A stretch of DNA of 64,000 nt from Camelus dromedarius (GCF_036321535.1 NC_087436.1:88414001-88478000); one strand, 5' to 3'; shown: positions 27,019 to 40,790, counted from the first letter of the stretch. The notes: generated from the sequence alone by a model not told the origin. A program made the numbers and translations.

Positions 27019-28890
27019 GGGATTTGTCGTTTTTGGATTGAAATTACTAACTCTGGAATTCCTTGAATTTGGGAGTCTGTTCCATGAAATTTATGAAGTA
27101 AGGGATCTGTGTATGTTGATTTCTACATAACTTATTCAAATTTTTACTAATTTTAAGACTTATTTCAAAACACTTATGTTGGTAAGTTTTGTTTTCAACT
27201 ATAATAAAACATACATGGTATTTGTTTTTGAAAGTATCCTTGGGCTGCAAAGGGAAGTTGGGAAATGGGTTGCCAGAAGTATAGAAAGTAAGAGGAAATG
27301 ACCACTTGAGGGGAATAAAAACTTTAACTTTGAATATAGTGAAAAACTAGCTCTAGAAACCTTACGATTATTTGCGTTGGCAAAATCTTATATGAAGATT
27401 ATTGTTACATTGGAAATGGGATTTTTTTTGCCCTCAGATTCCTTATCATTTATGGAGGTTTTTCAGCATCCTGTTTTTATTCTGGATATTATGTTAGAAA
27501 CCACAATCTTCATAATTAAACTACTCGTGTGTACATTAACTATTGGCTTCTTAATGTAAAAGTTCTCTTTTTGTTTGTTTGTTTGTTTGTTTAGTATAAA
27601 AAGCACTTTGTAAAATGTAAAGTGCCCATGTCAGTTATTATTTGGTTGGTTGGTTAAAAGGGAGGAAAAAATATTAGGAAGCCAAGTTTTTGTTTTTGCT
27701 TTCTTCTACTTTTCACTAGAATTTAGTACTTGGTAAAGAGGGGGCATTTCATCATAGAATCACCAAATTCGAAATGGTTTTATATGTTATTTATTCTACT
27801 TTTCCTGATACTGCAAAGGTCTATGTCAAAATTATTCCCAGTATCCACAAGAAAAATGCCACACGTATCCTGACGTTGTCCTTGTTTCTCGTGATTAATG
27901 TGTCCTGCTGCACTGGAGGGCCCATTCCTCTAGCTCTGTTCTGAGTGGAAATGGAGAAGAACCTTCATGTACAAAGCAGGCCTTTTGGCTCATTTGAGAT
28001 TTTTGGTAGAATTCATCATTTTCTTTCTTTCCTTTTCAAGGGTTGACTAGAATTCTTTAGCCTTTCAATATTGACCCATCCATACTTTCATTGTCAACAT
28101 TATCCTTCCTCCCCTTAAGTTTAGCAAGTATCTGGTTGTAAATTACTTAAAGGCCAGAAATTCTGCACTTTTAAAATCTCTATCATGGCTCTTGGGTATC
28201 TGTGTCTTGCTGGTGGCAGAAGGAAGTCAGAATCAATCTTTGATGAGTGTGGCTGAGTGAAGGAAGGGTCATGATAACATGGTGTCATGATGAATGTCAG
28301 TAGTAAGTTTTGGTCCACCTGTCCATCTGCTGATGGCTGCAAGTTCTAGCAATTTTATTTGTATATTGTATATAAAATGTCTTCTGTCTGTGTTCTCTGG
28401 ATGGTCCCTTGTTACTAGACATGCTGTGTCAGCAGCCATCTTTGTGTTTGTATTTATGGTCTGTTTTAATTGTTGTCCCTCTTGAGAGAGAACAGAGGCT
28501 GACTGAACACTGATCAGTTTGGTGGGGCCAAGCGGAGGCCTCATGATAGGCTGGCAGTGTGTGTGCAGACAGGGGTTCCCCATAGTTGAAACTGAGAGAG
28601 GGTTGAAGAGGGCACCACTTGGCACACAGGCAGGCACATGGACGCCAAGGAACTAGTTCTGGGAGAGGGATTCCATTCCAGCACACCCTGTCCTTCATGT
28701 TCAAATAGGTTGTTAATTTAAATCTTATTTATTGTGCAGTTTTGTTTGTATTTAATTTGTGAACTCTCTTTGGTCTGATAGTTGTCAAGAGCTATGAGTA
28801 TGAGAAATTTCCACTCAGTTTATATTTGTACTTGGTTAAGTGACATCAAGTTAGTCAAGTGTACGTGGCACTTAAGAATTCAGGGTTGGA

Positions 28891-29149
28891 GAAATAGACT
28901 CACAGACATAGAAAACAAATTGTGGTTACTAGGGTGGGAGAGGTGGGGGAGGGATAGGTTAGGAGTCTGAGAGTAACAGATACACATCACTATATATAAA
29001 ATAAACAAGAAGGACTTACTGTACAGCACAGGGAACTGTATTCCGTTTCTTGTAATAAGCCATAATGGAAAAGAAACTTAAAAATATATGCATGACTGGG
29101 ACAATGTGCTGTACTCCAGAAATGGACACATTATAACTGATGGTAGTTC

Positions 29150-29198
<49 letters not shown>

Positions 29199-29286
29199 TA
29201 TATGTATAACTAAATTGCTTTGCTGTACACCTGAAACTAACATTGTAAATCAATTACACTTCAATAAAAAATAAGATTAAAAATAA
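28891..29286 (+). mobile_element. L1 3' end with doubled terminus, inserted in a MIR
   Basis: 17-bp TSD aagaattca(g/a)ggttgga at 28874-28890 and 29287-29303; 'tactgtacagcacagggaac'. Confidence 0.85.
29150..29197 (+). repeat. (TAA)n microsatellite
   Basis: About 16 uninterrupted units. Confidence 0.95.
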
Positions 29287-30792
29287 AAGAATTCAAGGTT
29301 GGAATTAGACAGAATTCAGTTCCTGGTTTATTGTGTGACTTTTGGCCATTTAATTATATTCTTTAAGTCTTGATTTCTTCATCTGTAAAATGAGGTGACA
29401 AGTGTTCACATTCTAATGCTGTGAGCATTCATTGAGTCACCATGTAAAGAGAGAACCTAGTGCCTGGCTCAGAGTGGGTGTTCTGTACTTGTTAGATTTT
29501 GACATAAGTTAATTTTCTTCTTCTATAGTAAGAGTCCCCAAATATTCAAGCTTGAGAGGCAGGGAGTCAGGTGAAAGCCTGAGAGATCTGGTTCAATTCT
29601 GACTTAGCCTCTCAGCCCCTCTTGTAACCTCTCGCATGCTCACGTTCCTAACAACTTCCCAGGGTTGTTGTGAAAACTGAATAGTAAATGCTGCCATTTA
29701 GGGAGTGGCTTCCCTGTGCCAGACACCGTTCTGAGCACCTATGTGTCTCATCTTCATTCCCGTGTAAAGCTTAGCAAAGTGAGTAGTAATATCCTGTTCC
29801 CACAGACAAAGGAACTGAGAGAGGGCAGAGCCCGACTGGACTCAGGATGCCGCCTTACAATGCACAGGTGATTCATCCAGTAAATTTCTTCTGTGGCAGG
29901 CAGCTGGGAATAGCGACCTTAGATACAAGTTGTGATATGGGGGAAGGGTGGATCATTGACAATATTGGAGGGGAATTCTGGTGAGTCTCTCACTGTGCAT
30001 AATGGGTCTCAGGATGCCTCGGGAGAGGGTGTAGAAGGAGGGCCCGAGGGTGTTCTGACTTCTCAAGTTCACCTGAGGCCAGCCCTGGATATTTGTATAC
30101 ATTAAAAAAATTTTAATTTAGGATTGATGTTGAGACTTTAAAAAGTACTGAATATCCTGGAAGTTAAAGGAAACCAGTGACTCTTTTAAGACAGGGGGAC
30201 AGGATCTCTTTCGTCTAATTCCCAGTTCTGCCATTCAGTTGATGTGTGATTTTAAGCAAGTCATATTTCATCTCTGTCTATAGTTTCTCCATTTATGCGG
30301 GTTTACAAATGGGTGAAATGGCCATTACTTACCTCATTTTCAAGCTTTGTGAAATATACAGTAGATGTGCAAGAGAAGAGATATATATATATCTTAGACA
30401 CACACACACAGTGTCACTCATACTTCTTTGCAGACTGTCTCAGCATACTATTTAATGAACACCTACTACGTGTCAGTTTTATCAGCTCAGAGGATTCAAA
30501 GATGAGTAAAAGGAGAGTCTCAGCTTAATGGTGATTTTTCAGACTGGTGGGCAGGGTGAAGGTTATAGAAACTTCACATGAAAAAAATAATAACTTTTTG
30601 GGCCACAATATTAGCACACTTCAGTAATTATCAAGTAATTTTCTTATTAAAGAAACTCTAAATAGTCTAAATGGAGGGAAGCAAACTGTGTATGTCCCTT
30701 CCAGTTAACCAGAGTGTGAAGAGCAGGTGTTTAGGAGAGACCAGGTGGTAAGAGGGCACCTGGCTCTCTCAGTAACTCTTAGGTTCCTTGTG

Positions 30793-30807
30793 TTTCTTTC
30801 TTTCTTC

Positions 30808-30906
<99 letters not shown>

Positions 30907-30980
30907 TCCTTCCTTCTTTCTTTCCTTCTTTCCTTCTTTCTTTCTTTCTTTTTCTTTCTTTCTTTCTTTCTCTTTTTTTT
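30793..30980 (+). repeat. (TTTC)n / (TTCC) compound microsatellite
   Basis: ~190-bp pure pyrimidine tract adjoining an antisense L1 tail. Confidence 0.95.
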
Positions 30981-31169
30981 TACTTTTTTTATGGAGTTAT
31001 AGTCATTTTACAATGTTGTGTCAAATTCCAGCACAATTTTTCAATTATACATGAACATATATATATTCATTGTCACATTTTTTTTTCACTGTGAGTTACC
31101 ATAAGATCTTGTATGTATTTCCCTGTGCTATATGGTATAATCTTGTTTATCTATTCTACATTTTGAAAT
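30981..31169 (-). mobile_element. Short L1 3' terminus, same family as the 22.3-kb L1
   Basis: Shares 'cattttacaatgttgtgtcaaattccag...tataatcttgtttatctattct..attttgaaat' with 22379-22550. Confidence 0.88.
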
Positions 31170-31399
31170 GTGAGTTTCTTAATCCTTCTAAACCTTTTCT
31201 TCCTCAGCCTTGCCTAATCTCCCAGGGTCACCGTATGCTGTGGCTAGAATAATGTTCTACAGTATATACTGCATATGTGTTATGAAAAGCAGAATGCTCT
31301 TTATATAGAAAGTGCTAAGTATTTCTGAGTTTGAGCCCCTCCTGTTCAACTCTCTGCAGACATTTCCACCTGGTTGTCCAACAGTCAACTCAAACAGCG

Positions 31400-32270
31400 T
31401 ACCCCGAGTTTGCCCTCTCAAAGCTGATTTTCCTTCTTTCCTCATCATGGTTCATGCTGCTGGTGTTTACTGGTCACTCAGACTCAGACTCAGAGTCCCT
31501 GAGGCTCCCAAACTTCTCTCTTAGTTCCCACATCTGACTGATCACAAAGTTCTGTGGACCCTGCCTCTGAATACTCTGGCAACCCTGCTTTCCTCGTGTA
31601 CCCGTAGAGATATGAGTATGGATGCAGAGACTGACTGCTATGGACTGAGTTCACAGTCTCATGAACCCCGCCCTGAGCTACTGCAACATGTCTCGTGCCT
31701 TCCTCACTCCGCCGTGAATCATCATCTTTCCAAAAACATGCCTTAGTCCTGCACTCCTCATTCCCCACTTCAAACTGCTCAGGATAAATCCAAACTCCTG
31801 AGTCTAGCGGGTAGGCCTCTTCCTAACTTGGTCTCAAATAACCTTGTTGGTGTCCTTTCCTACACTTCCCCTGAACACCCTGAACTTCAGCCACTGTGAA
31901 TTTCTTTTTGTTCCCTAAAGCACTGCTTTGTTGTTTTTGCTGCCTGAATTCTCTACTCCACTTTCTCTATAGGAAAACTCCTACGTATCCTTTAAGAACC
32001 AAATCAAAATGTGACTTCCTCCCTGAAACTTTCCCAGATTCTCCTGGCCCAGTCCTGGCCCCACTCCACAGTGCACTGTGAGCACACATGACTTCATCTT
32101 TATTTGATAATGAATCAATCCCCTCTTCCGCTGCCACCTGCCATAGTATTGTGAACTCCTCTGAGGGAACCCTCAGCCCCCTTCCACGGTGTTGAAGCTA
32201 CAGCATGCAGCATCGTGCCTGGTGTCTGACCAGTGTTGCTGGCGAGTCAGGTAAAATAATGAATGGGCCA
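31400..32270 (-). mobile_element. Degenerate L2 LINE 3' region
   Basis: 'caggataaatccaaactcctgagtct', 'aactcctacgtatcctttaaga', terminal 'aatgaatg'. Confidence 0.6.
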
Positions 32271-35200
32271 CTTAAATATGAACCTTTATCTGCAAACTTC
32301 ATATTAAAGTATTTGCAGTAATAAGCCCAAATATCAGTACAGTGCATGAATGGATTATATATCACAAAACATGAATTTGGGGGGCATAAGTCAGCCCAGA
32401 TTTTCCTGTGCAGATTGATCCATATCTGACAGCTGCTTTCAGTCGCAGGGGCAGGTGGTGAGTGGAGATGCGTGTCTTGGAAGCCGACCAGAGTCTGCTG
32501 CTCAAGGGCTAAGGGAGCTGGCAGATGATAGATGACCCCAGAGCAGTGTCTGGAAAAACTCCATGATGTCAGCAGTGATTTTCTCCAGGACTGGGGGATT
32601 AGGGGTCATTTGATTCTCTTCGTGCTATTAGTGTTTTCTTAGATTTTTATGATCAACACGCGTGACTTATTAATAGGAAGCTAGTCCTCTGGCGGTTTCT
32701 TCTGCCCATTAACTGGCACAGGCCCAGGAGCAGGGTGGGGGCCTTGTCTGATGAGACCCCTTGGCACCGTGCATCAGGTTCTTTACAAGCTGACCCCTCT
32801 TCCATCCTGCCTCAGGCACCTTTTTTTCCTTATTTATTTCCTTATTTATTTTATGTAGCAAACACAGATATCATATTACGGGTCAAACATTCTTCTAAGC
32901 ACTTGGCAAATACTCATTTAATTCACATAACTGTCCAATAGTATCAATGACATGGATACTAGTATTGTTCACATTTTATAGATGAGGCAACTGAGGTCAT
33001 TCTGGAATATGTTTTTCTTTCCCCATGCTGTTCATTTCCTTCCTAACAGGTTATCAGAATTTCTTTTCTGAAAGTGTCATATAAGCTTGGGTTCCTCTGT
33101 ATTCTCTTAGCATCTTTTTTATATCCAGTACTTAATACGTTGTGTAATAAACAGTTACTGTGTATGTCTCTACTGTGTAAACGTGGACAAGTTACTTAAT
33201 TTTCCTTTCTTCCGTCTGTAAGATGTGTCTAATGACATACCTCACAGAGGAGCTGTGAGGATTGAATGGCACGCTACTTGGCTGTATGCTCAGGAAGTGA
33301 GCTTTCCCTGTCTGGAATCTGTATTCCTTGACACAGGAAGTTTCTGGCACAGGAGAGGTGTTGTCCTGTGAGAAACTGAGGGGAAGACACAGAAGGAGAA
33401 CCAGGGCGACCCAAAGTCAAGGCCACTGAGAGAGAAGAGAGTAGAAGTACCCCCAAGTGCCTCAAAGCCTTGGGCGGAAGACAGCTGAGCTGAGGCCGTT
33501 GGGTTTGGTCATTGGTGATGTTTTTGAGAACAGCTTTAGCAGCTGTGGTGAGGGGGAGGCAGCTCGCAAGTGGTTAAGGAGGAGGGGTGGGAAGGAAGTG
33601 AAGGCTGAGGGTGTAATCATCTTCTCTTTCGGGAAGGGAAGGGCAGTAGCAGGGCCAGAAGAAGGTGCTGGGTAGGGTCGGCAGGAGGAGTAGAGGCCTT
33701 AGAAGAACGCACGGGGAGAATGGCCCTCTCCCTGTCATGGCCGAAGCTCTGGCCGCACTCAGACTCCGTGTTGTCCTCCCAAGGACTCGGCTCTGTTAGT
33801 CCTGTCACCTGTTTGCAAGGATCCAAGGTCCAGGGGGCTCTAGGGCCAGTTGGGATCCTTGGGTAATGGATTTAACCTGTCTGAGCTGCAGTTTCTTCAT
33901 CTGTAAAATGAGGAGAATCGTGAGCATAAAAGGAAATGGCAGCTGCTAAGTGCCAACTACAGTGTCTTTAACTGTTGTGTGCTTTTAATGTCCTCTGAAA
34001 GACAGGGTGGAAAAGAAAAAAAAAGGGTAGATCTTAGGGTGCTTTTGACCTGCTGAAGGAGGAAGTCCAGGGTGTGCTCATGGGACGTCCAGCTGCTCTC
34101 GTCCCCATGAAGTAGTGAGGGAGCGTGTCCGCTGGGGCAAGGGGAACGGGCAGGGTTTGTAGTTCCCACGAGACTGGTGGTCTCCATGGAGGGTACGCAG
34201 AAGAACTGAGGATGGCAGGGAAGGCCTGGCTAAGCACAGAGAGGACAGGATTATTTTGTGACCTTGTGCGGTCAGGCATGCAGGAGGAGGGGGAAGGTGT
34301 GGATAGAACTGGGGGCTGACAGAAATGTCAGGGGGGTATGGGGTGTGCATGCGTGTGTGTGTGTGTGTGACAGAGAGAGAGAGAGAGGATGCACTAGTGA
34401 AAGGACAGCCAGATAGTCCAGTCAGGTGGCCTGAGAGGGTTGGCAGGTCTGAAAGTCCTGTGGTGACAGTGGGCATGCAGATCTGGTAGAGGCCCCAAAG
34501 GTTGTGGCCAGAGGGGGGTTTCAGAGTATTAGATGAAGGAATTTTGAATGCCCAGGGCCAGGGGATGGGCTGGCTCATCCCAAATACTGCAGTGTTCTTC
34601 TTCATTTCTCTACTTTCCTTCTGTTCTTTATCATATGAGTATCTACCCTGACCCCAAGTAACCTGAGTCTTTATACAGCTTTTCATGTGGGATGTATCAG
34701 TTAATATTATTCAATAAACATTTTTTATTTCTACATTGTGTTTGTGGTAATTTTTAATGGAAACAATGTATCGAGTTACCTTTGCACATACTACTTCGTA
34801 TCCTTTTGGTTTTTCCCTGGGATAAAGTCTCAGATCTGAGAAGACGGTGCTCAAGGGTGGGAATGATTTGGAGGGGGATGTCTTGGTATGTCACTAGTTA
34901 CTTGCTGTAGGGAGGTTTGCAGTGAGCAGGAAGTGAGGGCCAAAGGGAAGGGGGAAAAAAAAGAAGATTCAGTAATCGAGTCTGAATGGAGGCCTTATGT
35001 GACTGCCCTAAGTCCGCCTCACATCCTCCTGAGTTCTGGGTACCAGAGTGGAAGATGTAACTGTCTGGAGTTTGCATCTGTGACTGAGTGCATGGAGTTT
35101 TGCTTAGTTTGGTCTCTGACGCTTTCTTTTACGGGCCTGTCATCAAGAAGCTGGAGAAGCTAAGGTGTGTGTGTGAGAGAGGAAGGCAGCAATCAGAGGG

Positions 35201-35465
35201 AGTCCCTCAGTTCTAGAGCTTTGGGGACAGGGCAAGGACAGAACAATTTCATCTTTAGAAATTAAAGGACTTAATTATTTTTATTACAATCCTCAGAGTG
35301 TTCGTGTTTTGAATAATTTTAACAATAAAGGGAGACATGATGTAGGTAATTATTAAGGAAATGGTAATGTTTTGAATCTGATTTTTTTTAAAACAAATAT
35401 TACTATTAACATTTTTTCTTTTATCTTATGATTGTAATGGTTCTCCTTTTTTTCTCTTTTAACAG

Positions 35466-35570
35466 AAAAAGAACAGAAAGGGTTTTATTGACATTTCAAA
35501 AATCAAGTGTGTGGAAATAGTGAAGAATGATGATGGTGTCATTCCTTGTCAAAATAAATATCCATTTCAG
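35466..35570 (+). CDS. TEC: TEC exon 3 (PH domain), 105 nt: [35 protein letters not shown]
   Basis: Polypyrimidine tract plus aacag acceptor, CAG|gtgagc donor; translation matches the TEC PH domain; phase 0/0. Confidence 0.96.
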
Positions 35571-35664
35571 GTGAGCTGGCATATTTTTGCAGCAGTGAAA
35601 TTCTGGGGTTTTAGTCATGGTTACTGTTTGGCATTAGAGTTTCTTGTCATTGCTTTACTGGTTG

Positions 35665-36247
35665 ATTTATTTAAGCTTTGTTGAGGTGTAATTGACACAT
35701 AAGAAATAGATATATTTAAGGTGTACAATTTGATGTTTTGATATATGTAGACATTGTGAAATGATTGCCACTATCGAGCCAGTTAACATATGCATCACTT
35801 CCCGTAGTTACCATTTTCTCCCCCTACTTTTTTTTTGGTGGTAAAAACACTTGAGATCTACCTTATTGAATTTCAGATGTTAACTTTAGTCACGATGCTG
35901 TACTTTATATGTCCGGAACTCATTCGTCTTACGTAACTGAAATTTCTACCCTTTGACCACCATCTCCCCATTTCAACCCTCCTGCCTGCCCCTGGCAACC
36001 ACTTTTTTGCTCTGTGTATCTATAAGTTTGTTTAAAACTCCACATCTGAGATCATGTAATATTTATCTTTCTGTGTCTGGTTTATTTCACTTAGCAGAAT
36101 GTCTCCTAGGTTCCTCCATGTTGTCACAAGTGGCAGGATTTTCTTCTTTTTAAAAGCTGAATAATAGTTCATTGTGTGTATATGTCTGTGTGTGTGTGTG
36201 GGTGTGTATCACATTGTCTTTATCCACTCATCTGTCTACGGACATCT
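35665..36247 (-). mobile_element. L1MA-type 3' UTR fragment
   Basis: 'cccctggcaaccac', 'tggtttatttcacttagcagaatg'. Confidence 0.82.
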
Positions 36248-36612
36248 CCACATGTTCCAACCTGGAGGCTCATGGAACCCTTCTTTTTTGTGTTTTTATA
36301 GAAGCTTCATTACATATACACGATTGATTACATCACTGTCCATTGATGACTGAACTCAACCTACAGCCCCTCTCCCTCCTTGGAGATGGGGGGTTGTGGG
36401 ACTGAAAGTTCCAACCTTCTAATCATAGGGTTAGTTTTTCTGACAACCAGCTTCCCTCTGTAGGTGCTCTCCCAAAGTCACCTTATTAGCATAACAAAAG
36501 ACATCTTTTATCATTCTCAGTACAGGAAATTCCAAGGGTTTTTAGGAACTCTGTGCCAAGAACCAGGGCAGAGACCAAATACATATTTCCTGTTGTAAAG
36601 CACAGTATCACA
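36248..36612 (-). mobile_element. MER21-like ERVL LTR fragment
   Basis: 'gggactgaaagttccaaccttctaatca', ends tatcaca. Confidence 0.7.
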
Positions 36613-37180
36613 GGTGTGAAAATCATGGGCCAAATGAGGCATGGACACCTCCTCCCCACTACATCTCTCGTAGCGCTTGACCTTTATGTCTTTGTCACGT
36701 CTCACCTTCTGTCTTGTAATAAGGTATTTCTTTGATTAATTTTTGTATTTTATGTAGTCCCAGCAAAGTGCTAGTTAGATGAATTAATCACTGAATGAAA
36801 TACAGGCGTATTTGCTCTGTGGTGTTCACATTGCTGTTACATTGCATTTATTTGATTAAAGTGAACGAGAAGGGATTATCTGTTGAATATGGTCAGAAGC
36901 AGCCATTTATCAATGGAAGAACTATTTGTGTCCAGTCCAGTGAATGTTGATGTGGTTAAGGGAGGTTTCTAGCCAGATATTTCTTTTTAGTGAATCAAAG
37001 GTGTTTCTGCCCTGTGACAGAAGGGTAAATTGACAGACCAAAGACAAAATTCTTGGGTTAGTTTCCTATGCTTAATTTTATTATTCATATTAAAAACATT
37101 AAGCATAAGACTGTAACTGCTCACTAGGAGGTATTTTTAAAAGAGGTTTCTGTGGTTAAAAGTTTGGACTCTGGAGTCAG

Positions 37181-37766
37181 TGTGATTGGAGAGCAGGTTC
37201 TTGTCTTGTCGCAGAAAGAATTCAGAAACGAGACACAGAGAACAAGAAAGCAAAGCAAGGATTTATTGAGCAATAGGTGGTGCTCTCTCAAGGGGAGAGC
37301 GGGCAGACCCAGGTGGGTAGCTGCCCCGAATGTCCTTGGCAAGTTGGTTGTATGGGATGTAAAAATGAATGGGTTGAATATTCGTTGGTGAGGAGGGGTT
37401 TGAGGTCATCTTTCCCGATCTTTGTGCAGATCCACCTTCCCAAGGTGGGGGGGGGGTGTTTTGTCCTGATTTAGTCTTGATTGGGAAGTCAGATGAGAGC
37501 ATAATGAGTGGAAGGGTACGTTCAGATAGGGGTATAATGAGAGAGGTTACATTTGGATGGTGGAGATTCCTGTCTTGTCCCACCTTTCTTTGTCTCCCTC
37601 CAGGACACTTGTCAACCCACAGTGTCTGATTTCTTATCAGTCCAGAGGTTCCTGCTTTTCTTGGCCTGCCTAAGGACCCCCGTTGTTAACAAGATGTGTG
37701 GTTTCCTGCCATTTGGCCCATGTCCCCCTTTTTCTGCTCATATCGAGCTACTTGCCTCCTCTGACA
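37181..37766 (-). mobile_element. ERV1-class solo LTR, 586 bp, inserted in a MIR
   Basis: TG...CA ends, perfect 4-bp TSD tcag, minus-strand AATAAA (tttatt near 37262). Confidence 0.85.
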
Positions 37767-38435
37767 TCAGGATCCCGGCTTTCTGGATGAGCAGCCAAAT
37801 GCTGATGGGCAGATAAATTAAGGGCACCATTTCCAGTGCATTCTGTATGAATGGTGCCTCCTGGAGTTCTGTATAGGAGTAGAGGATCTGTGGATGGCTC
37901 TTCGTCTCCTCCTCTGTATGATGGAAATGCCAACAGCTTGATGGCAGGATTAATTGAGTTCATGTCTGTAAAGTACGAAGCATAGAGTTTAATAAAGCTA
38001 GATACTCCGATTACTTATAGTGGCAGAAGGAAGGTCAGGAGTGATATGGAAGGAGTAGTCCATTCATTTAAAATATTATTTAGAAAAGTATTGGGTTGGA
38101 GTAATCCTTGTTGTACCAAGTTTACCTGAGGAACTTTAGTTAATTAGATCCAAAGAAACGACAAGATTGGCAAAGCATCCTGTCCTCTGTATATATATTT
38201 TTCTTTTATAAAAACACAGTTCTTTGCAACATGTGTATCTCACTTGATGTAGACATGAAGAAACAGATGTGCTTTTGTAAGAAGGGAACCTAGGTTCTTT
38301 GGATCAGAAGTAACTGACTTTCACTCAGTCGTTTCAGAATCCTTTATTGGCACCTGTGGTGCCAAGGGCCCTGTGCTAGGCAGAAGTGCCGTGTCTAAGC
38401 ATTTTTCACCTATCCCATCTTTTGTTTTATTTCAG

Positions 38436-38517
38436 GTTGTGCATGATGCTAACACACTTTACATTTTTGCACCTAGTGCGCAAAGCAGGGATCGGTGGGT
38501 GAAGAAATTGAAAGAAG
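38436..38517 (+). CDS. TEC: TEC exon 4 (PH domain end), 82 nt: [27 protein letters not shown]
   Basis: tttcag acceptor, G|gtaaaa donor; conserved PH C-terminal helix Trp; frame continues from exon 3. Confidence 0.96.
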
Positions 38518-39183
38518 GTAAAACTCATATATTAAAATATTAATCTGTTTAAAATGTTAAGATATAACATAATGTTATCACTAAAATATAAATGCAGCTA
38601 GTGTACTCTGCATTTCTAATCTTTCAATTTACAGTGTTTCTCCAAGGAAATTCTGTTACTATAAGAGACGTATCGGAGATGTGTCCTTCCTTTTTTTATA
38701 ATTTGGTTGCTAAGTTTCTAAGAAAAACATGCTTTCATTTAACATGTAACACATTAGGAGATGACTAAGCACTGGGCCTCTATGATAGCAGAATTTGGTA
38801 TTTTCTAAGACATTGCCTATGAAGTCAACATGTGTTTTGGATGAACTGACTTATGTGTAAAGTGTATTAATCGGTGATTTGTCCTGCACAATCTTCATCG
38901 CTTCTTCTGCAGAACAAAATCGTGGTGGGCTGACTTTTCTGTTTATCCATCATGGTGCAGCAGAGTTCACTTCTGCCAACCAGGGACCCTCACCAAAAAA
39001 AAAAAGAAGTGAAAGAAAACCATGTGGATTTTCTGAGTGTGATAACACCCTGATGTTATGAGAGTGTCCTTATAATAAACATGGTACCTAAGAAAGAAGA
39101 AATGACTTAATGTGTTACTTAATGAAACATTCTGTCATCTCTGTTTTATTTCTCTAATCACTTTATGTGTCTATGGCTTACAG

Positions 39184-39312
39184 AAATAAAGAACAACAAT
39201 AATATTATGATCAAATATCATCCTAAATTTTGGACAGATGGAAGTTATCAGTGTTGCAGACAAACTGAAAAACTAGCACCTGGATGTGAAAAATATAATC
39301 TTTTTGAGAGTA
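39184..39312 (+). CDS. TEC: TEC exon 5 (Btk zinc-binding motif), 129 nt: (E)[42 protein letters not shown]
   Basis: tacag acceptor, A|gtgagt donor; His/Cys/Cys/Cys zinc ligands present; overlaps ORF 39165..39383. Confidence 0.97.
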
Positions 39313-39639
39313 GTGAGTATTCCTTTTATTCTGTACTTTATTATGCTCAGGATGTACATATTATTGGTATAGCAAGAAAATGACATGATTTTGATTTTTA
39401 TGTTGGTTAAATATGGCTTTCACACTTTCTAGCACAGCATAAATGCAAGGTAGCATAAATGCAAGGTAGATGTACTTTGTAAGAATAATTTCATTTAGTT
39501 AGCAGTGTGACCATCTCGTGGAATCAAGAGGTCTATCATTGGGAGTTTTTATCACAATATGAAAACCTGCTAAAAATGACTGTTAGAAGTGTAAGCCTAG
39601 TTTAGCACTCTCAGCAGCTTTTCTCTTTTTCTTTTTGTC

Positions 39640-40225
39640 CCCAGCTTTACTGAGGTATACTTAACAAAACTGTAACGTTTAACAATTTTACAATGTGATG
39701 ACTGAGTATCCTTAACCGTTGGAAAGGATTCCTCCTATCAAGTTAATTAACACCATCACCTCATACGTGTACCTTTGTGTGTGTGTGTGCGTGTGTGTGT
39801 GAGAGAACATTTAAATTCTACTCTCTTAGTAAACTTAAGTTGTACGTCATGGTGTTATCAATTCAAGTCTCCATGTAATACATTAGATACTCAGACCTCA
39901 TTTATCTTTTTTTCTGCTATGTATAGATTTAAATTGAGTTATAATTAACATACCTTATTAATCTTATAACTAAAAGTTTATACTCTTTTACTGGCATCTC
40001 TGTTTCCTCTACCCTCCCCACCAGCCCCTGGCAACCATTTTTCTACTCTATTTCTATGAATTTGACTTTTTTTTTTTTTTTAGATTACACAGATAAGTGA
40101 TACCATGTGGTATTTGTCCTTCTCTGTCTGGCTTGTTTCACTTAGCATAATGCCCTCCAAGTTCATCCGTGTTGTTGCAAATGACAGGATTTCCTTCTTT
40201 TCTTTTTTAAAGGCTGAATAATATT

Positions 40226-40278
<53 letters not shown>

Positions 40279-40756
40279 ACCACATTTCCTTTATCCATTC
40301 ATCTGTTGATGGACTCTTAGGTTGTTTCCATACAATGTGAATAATGCTGCAGGGAATATGAGAGTACAAATATCTCTTCGAGCTACTGATTTTGTTTCCT
40401 TTATGTATATACCCAGAGGTGGGATTGCTGGATTATATGGTAGTTCTATTTTTAACTTTCTGAGGTGCCTCCATACTCTTTTCCATAGTGGTCACACCAA
40501 TTTACATTCCCAACAGCAGTGCACAAGGGTTCTCTTTTCTCTACATCCTCACCAGCATTTGTTACCACTTGTGTTTTTGATAATTGTCATCCTAATACGT
40601 ATGAGGTGATAATCTAATTTTATTTGAATTTCCCTGATTATTAGTTATTTTGAGTACCTGTTTATATACCTGTTGGCCATTTGTATGTCCTCTTTAAAAA
40701 AATGTCTCTTTATGTCCTTTGCCCATTTTTAATTGTTATATATTTACTTTTTCTTT

Positions 40757-40790
<34 letters not shown>

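Larger units (their letters stand above)
1..35465 (+). other. TEC: Distal part of long TEC intron 2
   Basis: No exon encoding the TEC N-terminus found upstream of exon 3; repeat-rich sequence ending in a strong acceptor. Confidence 0.85.

Noticed and set aside
30727..31054. Phe/Leu/Ser-rich ORFs resembling membrane proteins
   Set aside because: Translation of the (TTTC)n microsatellite
34078..34686. 202-aa minus-strand ORF
   Set aside because: Crosses CA/CT microsatellites, no recognisable homology; consistent with a chance ORF in GC-richer intron
39436..39469. 16-bp direct tandem duplication (similar ones at 229-262 and ~55773-55795)
   Set aside because: Two-copy slippage duplications without spacers; not CRISPR-like or otherwise organised
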